Source: an archaeon (GTDB lineage Archaea; Iainarchaeota; Iainarchaeia; Iainarchaeales; JAAZKV01). From it: DNA of 49,618 nt. A program made the translations under genes and the position numbers. Under the pieces are notes generated by a model. That model was not told the origin of the DNA and searched no databases. It worked only from the letters and a program-made list of their open reading frames with translations. Shown piece after piece: positions 10,191 through 18,129 of the stretch. Numbering within the stretch: position 1 is the first letter of the stretch; the number at the start of each line of letters is the position of its first letter. The stretch covers positions 1 through 49,618 of the forward strand of contig JBBSVX010000018.1 in assembly GCA_038046585.1 (NCBI GenBank), written 5' to 3'.

Positions 10191-10278
10191 AATTTGGCTC
10201 TTTCGCCAATTTTAGCCTCTTTTTTTCCACTGCAAAAACACTTAAATACTTTGCCGCTTTTTCTATTGTTGATAATTC

Positions 10279-10995
10279 ATGATAGAGCTAAGACAATTAG
10301 AGTTCTGGAAAAGATCAATTGAGGCAATCTCTTCTTTTATACCTGAAGGGAACTTTCGCTTCTCTGAAAAAGGAGTATACTTCAAGGCGATAGACCCTTC
10401 GCAGGTAGTTTTGGTTGATTATTTTGTTGATAAGAAATATTTCGACAAGTATGAGATAGAGCCAAGCTTTGTCGGAGTGGATTTGACAGAGTTCAATAAG
10501 ATAATGCAGCGTTCGCTTCCAAATGATAAATTGATGATGGATGTTTCTGATGCCGAGATGAAAATAAGATTCGAATCTGATTTGAAAAGAAATTTCAGGC
10601 TTCCTTTGATTGATGTTTCTGAAGAAGAAATAAAGACTCCTGATGTTACTTACGAATCTACTATAGAAATTAACGGATCGTCCATGAAAGAAATGCTTAG
10701 GGATGCTTCGCTTTTTGGAAGCAGTATCGTTCTAAAAGTAGTTGACGGAAAGTTTGCCCTTGAAGCCAAAGGTTCGCAAGGGGTAATGGAATCTGAAGCC
10801 GCAAGGATGGCTAAGGTTTCTTCGAAAAAAGATGTCACTGCAAAATTTTCGCTTAATTTCTTGCAAAACATAGTGAAGGAAGCCGATATGGATAAGCCCC
10901 TATTAATAGAGCTCAAGAGCGATGCTCCAATGAGGGTTTCTTACCACTTGGGGAACAGCCGAATAGTATTCTATTTGGCGCACATGATACTCTAA
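10279..10995 (+). CDS. pcn: PCNA sliding clamp, copy 2 (divergent paralogue)
   Basis: KAIDPSQVVLVD, FRLPLIDV, AKFSLNFL, ELKSDAP, C-terminal FYLAHMIL. Confidence 0.9.
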   Translation: MIELRQLEFWKRSIEAISSFIPEGNFRFSEKGVYFKAIDPSQVVLVDYFVDKKYFDKYEIEPSFVGVDLTEFNKIMQRSLPNDKLMMDVSDAEMKIRFESDLKRNFRLPLIDVSEEEIKTPDVTYESTIEINGSSMKEMLRDASLFGSSIVLKVVDGKFALEAKGSQGVMESEAARMAKVSSKKDVTAKFSLNFLQNIVKEADMDKPLLIELKSDAPMRVSYHLGNSRIVFYLAHMIL

Positions 10996-11071
10996 TAGCT
11001 TGGCTCGCAAAATGGCCTTCAAAGGGCCCATTCGCCACTTTATTTAATGATTTCTAATCAAATATTGCTTT

Positions 11072-12124
11072 ATGGATCCTCTTCTATTCGCACAGACGTT
11101 CCCTTTTTCAGAAAGAGCTAAGCAGAAGATAAAAGAATCAAATCTTAACCTTGGAAATGTTGGCGACAATATAGTGCGAAGAGCGGCGCTTATGGTCTCC
11201 CGCGCTCACTCGCAAAAACAATATGCGCTCGAATCAACTAATCCTTCAAAAGAACAGCTTGAAACAGAAACATTCGCTTTTCCAATCGCAAAAATATTTG
11301 CTTCTCTTCTGAAAGCTCCAAATATGCCGGAGCGCTTCTCAAGTCTAATAAAAAAAAATACTTTCAGCGCGCTTATGGATTCAAAATCAACAAAAGAATT
11401 GTGCTTAGAGCTTGCGGACGATTTTGCTCTCAAATATGAGCTTTCGCAGGACAAAGAATTCTTTGTTGTTCTAACAGTTCTTGATTATTTACAGATAAGG
11501 TTCACTGATGACGAGATGAAGCTTGTCAATAAAGCAGTTGAAGGGGGAAAAGTATATCTTAACTTAAACGATTTCGCCCGATTTTTAAGCGAGAAGGCGT
11601 ATGTGAAAGTGTTTGATTCGCTCCCGATACCAAAAGATGCAATTCCTGAAAAATTTGTACTGCTTGCAAGAAGTATTGATTCTCAGCTAACAGTAATAGG
11701 CAAAAAAGAATTTGATTTGAAGATTGAAGGAAAGATGGATCCAAATTTGTTCCCGCCTTGCATGAAACTCCTTTACGCTGACCAATTGGCAGGAAAAAAG
11801 CTTTCTTACACTGCAAGGCTTTCTCTTGCAAGCTTTCTTTTCCAGTTAGGGATGACTAAAACTGAAATGATGGCGTTACTTGCAAAGAGCCCCGACTTCA
11901 AACAGCATATCGCCCAGTATCATGTTGAAAGGATTTTTGAAAAACAGCTCTCCGCCCCAGGGTGCAAAAAAATAGCTGAATATGGTCTGCGAATGAAAGA
12001 ATGCGACAAGGAATGCCGCTCTGTTCACCCTCTGAAATATTACATGAGAATGCTAAGAGTAAGAAACAGAACAAAGAATGAACAGGCATCAACGCAAGAA
12101 AAACAAAAGCAAAGCGCCAAATGA
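11072..12124 (+). CDS. priL: DNA primase large subunit PriL
   Basis: FPPCM motif, RLSLASFL, APGCKKI...C...C..HPL.YY Fe-S cysteines. Confidence 0.9.
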   Translation: MDPLLFAQTFPFSERAKQKIKESNLNLGNVGDNIVRRAALMVSRAHSQKQYALESTNPSKEQLETETFAFPIAKIFASLLKAPNMPERFSSLIKKNTFSALMDSKSTKELCLELADDFALKYELSQDKEFFVVLTVLDYLQIRFTDDEMKLVNKAVEGGKVYLNLNDFARFLSEKAYVKVFDSLPIPKDAIPEKFVLLARSIDSQLTVIGKKEFDLKIEGKMDPNLFPPCMKLLYADQLAGKKLSYTARLSLASFLFQLGMTKTEMMALLAKSPDFKQHIAQYHVERIFEKQLSAPGCKKIAEYGLRMKECDKECRSVHPLKYYMRMLRVRNRTKNEQASTQEKQKQSAK

Positions 12125-12175
12125 TTTATGATTTTGATTTGTAATCGGACCCGATTGAAGTGAACTGTGGTATTT

Positions 12176-13396
12176 ATGTATGAAGAACAGAACTCAAAGG
12201 AAGCGGAATTTTTAAAGAAAGTTTTCAGCGAATACTATAAGGCTAACTTTGTCGACTCGGTTCCGGAGATAGAGAAGCGTGAGTTTGGTTATGGCGTGTT
12301 CAAGAAAAAGATTGCAAATAGAAACTTGGCGTTCACTTCCGCAAAAGCCTTGAACGATTTTTTAGTAAATGAAAAGCCGCTATTTGTCTCATACTCAAAC
12401 GCATATTACAAGCATCCTGACTGGAAGCCCATGCAAACAAAAGACCTTATAGGGGCCGATTTGATATACGAGTTTGATGCAGATGAACTAAAAACTTCTT
12501 GCAAAGACAGGCATGATTCCTGGACTTGTGTAAAAGGCCACACTGGAAAAGGAAGGGTAAAGTCCTGTCCTGAATGCGGCGAAGGGGTTGAGAACAAGGA
12601 GTGGTTCTGCAGCGAATGCATAGGCGAAGCAAAAAAGCAGGTGTTTCGGCTCCTTGATTTTTTCGAAAAAGATTTGAATTTTTCTCCAAAAGATTTTTCA
12701 ATAAACTTCTCAGGTAAAGCAGGATACCACGTGCACCTAAGATCGTCCGCAATAAAAAATCTCAACAAACAAGCAAGAATCGAGATTGTAGATTACATTA
12801 CAGCAAACGGAATATTTTTTGACAATTTGGGTTATAATTTGGATTCGCTTCCCCTCCTTCTTGCAAAAGAGAAAGGAGCCTGGGTAAAAAGGCTTAACGC
12901 TGGTCTAAAAAGATTTGTAAAAAAAGAACCTCAAGAAATTGCAAGCATTACTGGTCTTGTGAAAAGAAAAGTGTCTTTGATTGCTTCCCAGCATGAAGAA
13001 ATTCTTAAGGCGATGGATAAAGGATTCCTTCTGCCGGTTGATGGAAGAAAAAGCGGCGAGTTTTGGAAAAAAGCTTTGGAATATGTTGCCCAAGAAGAAA
13101 AGGCCCCGATTGACAGACAGACAAGCATTGATCTCCACAAAATTGTAAGAGTCCCAATGACGCTACACGGCGAAACAGGGCTTATTGCGGCGAAAGTTCC
13201 TCTTGAAAAGCTTGAGAGCTTTGACCCATTCAATGATGCTATTGTGCTTCCCGACAACAAGGTCAAGGTTTTTATTAACAAGGCACCAAGCTTCATGTTG
13301 AAAGGCACGTCATACGGGCCATATGAGAATGAAGAGGCGCTAGTGCCGCTTTATTGTGCGGTCTATTTGATTGGAAAAGGGGCCAAATTAATTTAA
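12176..13396 (+). CDS. priS: DNA primase small (catalytic) subunit PriS
   Basis: KREFGY, ADLIYEFDAD, FSGKAGYHVH, IDRQTSIDLHKIVRVPMTLHGETG. Confidence 0.94.
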   Translation: MYEEQNSKEAEFLKKVFSEYYKANFVDSVPEIEKREFGYGVFKKKIANRNLAFTSAKALNDFLVNEKPLFVSYSNAYYKHPDWKPMQTKDLIGADLIYEFDADELKTSCKDRHDSWTCVKGHTGKGRVKSCPECGEGVENKEWFCSECIGEAKKQVFRLLDFFEKDLNFSPKDFSINFSGKAGYHVHLRSSAIKNLNKQARIEIVDYITANGIFFDNLGYNLDSLPLLLAKEKGAWVKRLNAGLKRFVKKEPQEIASITGLVKRKVSLIASQHEEILKAMDKGFLLPVDGRKSGEFWKKALEYVAQEEKAPIDRQTSIDLHKIVRVPMTLHGETGLIAAKVPLEKLESFDPFNDAIVLPDNKVKVFINKAPSFMLKGTSYGPYENEEALVPLYCAVYLIGKGAKLI

Positions 13397-13425
13397 TACT
13401 GGAATAGTGTTTGTGAAAAGGTGCA

Positions 13426-13971
13426 ATGCTGATGAAAATCGATTACGATGAATTAAGAAGGATTCACAGGCTCGAAAAGAACACTTCAAAGCTTGTTGAA
13501 GTCGACGAAGATTTTATCGATTCGCTTGAAACATTCCTTGAAGAAGAGAAAAAAAAGTATCTCGCTTCGCTAAAAAATTTCTCTGCTTCTGATGCGCGCG
13601 AATTTTCAAACCTAAAAAGGGTTGTTGAAGAGATTTTTCTCATGAGAGAAAAGAAAATATTAAACAAGGCCTTAATTGCCATACACACCGGCGACTCAGA
13701 TCCTGAAAAAATGGCAAGCCAGGAAAAAGAGACTTTCAAAAAACTCCTAAAAGTGCTTGAAGATCATCATTCGCATTATTCCTCCTTCTTCGGAGAAAAA
13801 GAAGTAAAGCATGAGGGCGAAGTAAAAGTTTCAATTCTAAAAGATGTTCCTACATTTGTCGGCGCTGATATGAAAGAATACGGCCCATATTCGGAAGGGC
13901 AGGATGTTTCCCTGCCTCAAAAGATATCAAAGCTTTTGATAACAAGAAAGATAGCTGAAGAGAAAAACTAA
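13426..13971 (+). CDS. GINS complex subunit (Gins15/51 type)
   Basis: Helical A domain (RLEK, REKKI) and B domain VSILKDVPTFVGADMKEYGPY; follows priS. Confidence 0.9.
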   Translation: MLMKIDYDELRRIHRLEKNTSKLVEVDEDFIDSLETFLEEEKKKYLASLKNFSASDAREFSNLKRVVEEIFLMREKKILNKALIAIHTGDSDPEKMASQEKETFKKLLKVLEDHHSHYSSFFGEKEVKHEGEVKVSILKDVPTFVGADMKEYGPYSEGQDVSLPQKISKLLITRKIAEEKN

Positions 13972-14106
13972 GATTCTCCTAGACGATCTTTTTCTCACAG
14001 GGTATTGTTCTTTTGCCTAAAAAAGCCCTTTTTGTGCTTCCTTATTTAGTGCGCTTTTTAATGCTTTGCTAGAAGAAAATTCTATATTGAGCTTATTGGT
14101 GTATAG

Positions 14107-14868
14107 ATGGATTATCCTACAAGAGATGACATTGTAATTGTAAAAGTTACCCAGATACTTGACTATGGTGCATTTGTAGAGCTGCTTGAATACAAAGGAG
14201 CAAGAGGATTTGTCCACATAAGCCACGTTTCTTCTTCCTGGGTAAAAAACATCAGAAATTTTGTAAAGATGAACCAGGTCAGGGCGGCAAAAGTCCTTAA
14301 CGTTGATCCTTCAAAAAACCAGATAGATCTTTCTTTCGCTTCAATCACTCCTCAAAGAGAGAGGCAGAAATTGAGCGAGTTTAAACAGGTAAATAGAGAA
14401 GAAAAACTCGTGGAGTTATTGGCCAAAGAGCAGAAGAAAAAACCCGAGGAAGTTTGGGATGAGGTTGCAAACCCATTGATTGAAGAATATGGCTCGCTCC
14501 TTGAAGCATTTGAAAAAATCGCGCTCGGACAGGACATTTCTGCAGTAATCCCGAAGAATTGGGTAGAGCCGTTGAAAGAAATGGTTGAAAAAAACATTAT
14601 TGTTTCCCAAAAAATTTTGAAGGGCAAGATAAAAGCGCAGGCGCTCTCCTCAAACGGGCTTGAAGATATTCAAGAAGTGTTTGGCGATATCCAAGGATCC
14701 AAAAAGTGCACAATTATTTACGTCGGCGGAGGAACTTACGATATTTCCTGCACTGGTGCGACTTTTAAGGATTCAGACAAGACTCTTACGGGCGTAGTCG
14801 AAGACGCGCAAAAGAAGGCAAAGAAGCTTGGCGTTTCATTTGAATTCAAGAAAGAAGAAGCAGATTAG
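14107..14868 (+). CDS. eif2a: Translation initiation factor aIF-2 alpha
   Basis: S1 domain YGAFVELLEY...GFVHISHVSSSWVKNIRN, KVLNVD....IDLS. Confidence 0.95.
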   Translation: MDYPTRDDIVIVKVTQILDYGAFVELLEYKGARGFVHISHVSSSWVKNIRNFVKMNQVRAAKVLNVDPSKNQIDLSFASITPQRERQKLSEFKQVNREEKLVELLAKEQKKKPEEVWDEVANPLIEEYGSLLEAFEKIALGQDISAVIPKNWVEPLKEMVEKNIIVSQKILKGKIKAQALSSNGLEDIQEVFGDIQGSKKCTIIYVGGGTYDISCTGATFKDSDKTLTGVVEDAQKKAKKLGVSFEFKKEEAD

Positions 14869-14970
14869 TCTATTTTCCCTTCTTTTTGTCGTTTTTCTCA
14901 AAAATAGGCCATTTTGTTTTGAGCCGCTCTTTTTGCTTCTATTTAAATGCTTTTTCTTTCAAAAGAAATT

Positions 14971-15747
14971 ATGCCTACTAAGATTCTTGTTACAAAAAGA
15001 CTCCAATTAAAGGACGCGACTTTGGTTGTAGGGCTTCCGGGCATTGGCCTTGTTGGAAAGATTGCGGTTGATTATCTTCTAAAACAGCTTAAGACAGAAA
15101 AAATAGCTGAAGTGCTTTCAGATTCTTTTCCCCCAAGCGTTCACACAAAAGAATCAAAGATTTACATGATTAGGGACGAAATATTTTATATTAACCTAAA
15201 GGGGAGAGATTTCTTGTTTTTAGTAGGGCCAGTTCAGCCAAGCCTTGACAATAAGGTTGGTACATCGCACGAACATTATGAGTTTGCTGAAACCCTTTTA
15301 GGGTTTTTCAAATCCTTGGGCGTAACTGAAATAGTAACTCTTGCAGGAATAAACGTCGGCGATGCAAGACTTAACACAAAGCCAAGCGTGGTTGTTGCGG
15401 CAACGGATGATGAGATGCTTAAAGCTTGGGTTACTCTTGGCGCGAAGGAAGATAAAAAAGAAGGACTTATTTCAGGTGCGGCTGGATTAATGGTTGGTAT
15501 TGGAAGATTGCACGGAATAAAAGGCGCTTGCCTTATGGGTGAAACAAATGCGCAATTAGTTTATGGCGATCAGGGCAGCGCAAAAAAGATACTTGAACTA
15601 TTACACAAAAAATACGGTTTCAAGGTAAAGATGACCACGATCGAAAAGGAATCAAAAGCCATTGAAAAAGCCTTCAAGGATCTTACTCAGAACTTGGAAG
15701 TAATGGAAGAACCAAAATGCGAAAACGGACTCACATACGTGAGATAA
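14971..15747 (+). CDS. Proteasome assembly chaperone PAC2-family protein
   Basis: VGLPGIGLVGKIAVDYL, ISGAAGL, ACLMGET; position after aIF-2alpha; TATA at ~14940 fits a leaderless ATG at 14971. Confidence 0.9.
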   Translation: MPTKILVTKRLQLKDATLVVGLPGIGLVGKIAVDYLLKQLKTEKIAEVLSDSFPPSVHTKESKIYMIRDEIFYINLKGRDFLFLVGPVQPSLDNKVGTSHEHYEFAETLLGFFKSLGVTEIVTLAGINVGDARLNTKPSVVVAATDDEMLKAWVTLGAKEDKKEGLISGAAGLMVGIGRLHGIKGACLMGETNAQLVYGDQGSAKKILELLHKKYGFKVKMTTIEKESKAIEKAFKDLTQNLEVMEEPKCENGLTYVR

Positions 15748-15775
15748 GTATTTTTTTGGGGTCTGAATATTTTTT

Positions 15776-16351
15776 TTATTTCTTTTCCAAAAGAAGTTTC
15801 TTTAAATTTGCAAGATCGCTAGTTCCTTTCGCCCCGTTTCTTAAATAATATGCGGGGTGGTAGATGAAAAACATCCTCGTTTTTAAAAAATCACAAGTCT
15901 CTCCAACTTTCATGTTTTCTTTTCCAAATGCTCTCGCAGCACTCTTTCCTAGAAGAACAATTACTTCGGGATTAATCGCTTCAACCATTTTTGTAGTGTA
16001 TGGTAAAAAGTATGCTATCTCTTCTTCAGTCGGCGGCCTGATTTTTTTCTCAATACTCAACGGAATTATTGGAACAACATTCATTACCCCATAATCCTGG
16101 GTTTTTAGCCCGAGTTCTCTTACCCATTCATCAAGGAGCTTTCCGCTTCTTCCAATAAATGGTTTCCCCTGTTCGTTCTCGCTAAAACCCGGCGCTTCTC
16201 CTATGAAAAGAACTTTTGCGCTGTCGCTTCCTCGTCCAAAAACTATGTGTCCTTTTGTGTCAAGAACGTTTTTGTAGAGCGCATGCTTCTTTGCGTGCTC
16301 GATTAATTCTTCTCTTACTTTTGCTAGCTTTGTGCTGCTGTCAAGTTCCAT
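15776..16351 (-). CDS. Uracil-DNA glycosylase, family 4-like (no Fe-S cysteines)
   Basis: IGEAPGFSE...G.PFIGRSGKLL, LLGKSA, YHPAYYLRN. Confidence 0.9.
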   Translation of the reverse strand: MELDSSTKLAKVREELIEHAKKHALYKNVLDTKGHIVFGRGSDSAKVLFIGEAPGFSENEQGKPFIGRSGKLLDEWVRELGLKTQDYGVMNVVPIIPLSIEKKIRPPTEEEIAYFLPYTTKMVEAINPEVIVLLGKSAARAFGKENMKVGETCDFLKTRMFFIYHPAYYLRNGAKGTSDLANLKKLLLEKK

Positions 16352-16394
16352 AAAAATAATTCTGTCAAAACGGCTGATTCACTGTTATGGCTTT

Positions 16395-16724
16395 TCAAAT
16401 TGTTAGTATCCCTAGCGCATAAAGCAGGAGCATTGTTCCAATTCCGGCGGGTCCGAATATTACTGATACGACAAAGCTTGGGAATAATGGCAGTTGCACT
16501 TGAAAAATGAATATGGATGCGGCCCAGATTACAACTCCAAGAATGCTGTTTTCCATTATCTTTTTTAGCAAAAACAAAAGAATTATTGTGGCGACAATAA
16601 GCGCTAGCCCGACAATTACTATGGCCCAAAGGTTGTGGGTGGAGCCGGTGGCCACCTGGACGTTTTGTGAGAAAAAGTTCGCTCCTTCGGCAAATCCTTG
16701 TGTTGCCAGTGAATTGATGTCCAT
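16395..16724 (-). CDS. Small membrane protein, BofA-like
   Basis: KKIMENSILG ... SVIFGPAG pattern with three hydrophobic segments. Confidence 0.6.
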   Translation of the reverse strand: MDINSLATQGFAEGANFFSQNVQVATGSTHNLWAIVIVGLALIVATIILLFLLKKIMENSILGVVIWAASIFIFQVQLPLFPSFVVSVIFGPAGIGTMLLLYALGILTI

Positions 16725-16911
16725 GTTATAACTTGCTTTGCCGGACTATATATATCTTGTCCGAGCTTTCTTTCTCCCTTTAAGTATTTTTGGCTAAAAG
16801 AGCTCTAAGTAGCACTTTTTTAAACACAAAGAGTGATGAGTATTAAGTAAGAAAAAGGGCTTTCTGGTGAGGCTCTGGAATAATTGAGATTTTGTTGAAC
16901 TTGGTGTAAAA

Positions 16912-17547
16912 ATGGTTTCTTTTTCAGACGAACAGAAAAAAATCGCTCTATTATTACTTAACGAGCCAAAAACCGAAGAAGAACTTAACAAGCAGCTCAA
17001 CATACCTTACGACAAGCTTGTAATGGAACTGAAAAACATGCTAAAGCTTAGCGTTCTCACAAAAGAAGGTTATCCTACAAAGTACAGGTTGAGACAGGAT
17101 ATAATTGACGAAGTTAGAAAAAGAAAAAAGATTTCAGAACAGGATTCTTTCAAAGTTAGGCTTAACGCAATAATCGAACTCAAAGCTGTGGAAAAAACTC
17201 TCCTTAAGAGACACATGGCGAAGATTAAGGAAGCTCTTGGAAAAGAAAAGGCATTTACTATATACAGTCTTCAGGAAGCTGAAGTAATTGACGAAGAAGA
17301 TATGTGCTCTTCTTTTTTAGAACTCAATTTGAGCGTCAGGGATTTCAATTCACTCATAAGGTTCATTTTCTATTACGCTCCAACTTCAATTGAAGTGCTT
17401 AAGCCTTCAAAGATAGAATTCTCGCAGTTTGAATTTCAGGAAGGGCTCATAGAGTTATCGGAGATTTTCCAGAAATACGCTGATTTTGTTACAAAGAATA
17501 TGGACAAGCAGCAGCTTGAAAAGTTCTACAAAGATGCCTATTCTTGA
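16912..17547 (+). CDS. Hypothetical protein with N-terminal TrmB-like winged HTH
   Basis: LLLLNEPKTEEELNKQLNIPYDKL..ELKNMLKLSVL wHTH pattern; GGTG SD. Confidence 0.65.
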   Translation: MVSFSDEQKKIALLLLNEPKTEEELNKQLNIPYDKLVMELKNMLKLSVLTKEGYPTKYRLRQDIIDEVRKRKKISEQDSFKVRLNAIIELKAVEKTLLKRHMAKIKEALGKEKAFTIYSLQEAEVIDEEDMCSSFLELNLSVRDFNSLIRFIFYYAPTSIEVLKPSKIEFSQFEFQEGLIELSEIFQKYADFVTKNMDKQQLEKFYKDAYS

Positions 17548-18006
17548 TCCTTGAGCCCTAGGTTTCTAAGGTCCACTTTAGCCTAAGAAAGCCTCAGAAC
17601 AATCAAAATAACCCAAAAAACTCGTCATTTGACTTAAAATCAAGTTTTTTCTAAGCGGTCTAAGAAGGCTTCGTTTTTGTTGTGTTTTGCTTGCTCTTAA
17701 ACACTAAAGCCAGTTAAGTTCATTCAAAATTTAGGTTTCGTCTTTTGTCACTACAAGAAAGCAGTTCTAAAAAATTTATTATTTGGTGGCAAGTGTCGAA
17801 CTAATGCAATGGAATATCTCAAATCGCCAAAATAACTAATTATAATGCAACTAATAAAGAATTTGAAAAATTCTTTTGCAAATTTTTCCGAAGGCGCCAT
17901 AAACCTAAAAAGTAGTACAATAGGCAATCGTCGTAAAGGTTTTCAACAAAACCCGTAAAAATACCCTTGTTTTTGGCCATTAACTGGCTCGGGTGACACC
18001 CTCTAT

Positions 18007-18129
18007 AGAAACGTATTTAAAGGGGAGGAAGGAATACTTCTGAACGCCTTAGACATGATTGCCTTGACATTAAACTGCCAAACGCAAGCATGACTTAGGA
18101 ATGTTTTTCGTTTAAATGAGGTGAAACAA
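18007..18129 (+). promoter_or_regulatory. S-layer promoter (BRE+TATA) and structured 5' UTR with SD
   Basis: agaaacg-tatttaaa at ~18007-18021; stem 18047-18062/18084-18099 (13/16 paired); gaggtga SD at 18118-18124. Confidence 0.7.

Noticed and set aside
17500-17547. PIP-box-like KQQLEKFY at the C-terminus of the wHTH protein
   Set aside because: The Gln is not at the canonical Qxx[LIM]xx[FY][FY] position; too weak without conservation data.
17548-18006. Canonical Cdc6/Orc1 replication origin
   Set aside because: No ORB-like GTTCCA..GGAAAC boxes and no cdc6 gene in the window; kept only as a low-confidence unexplained gap.
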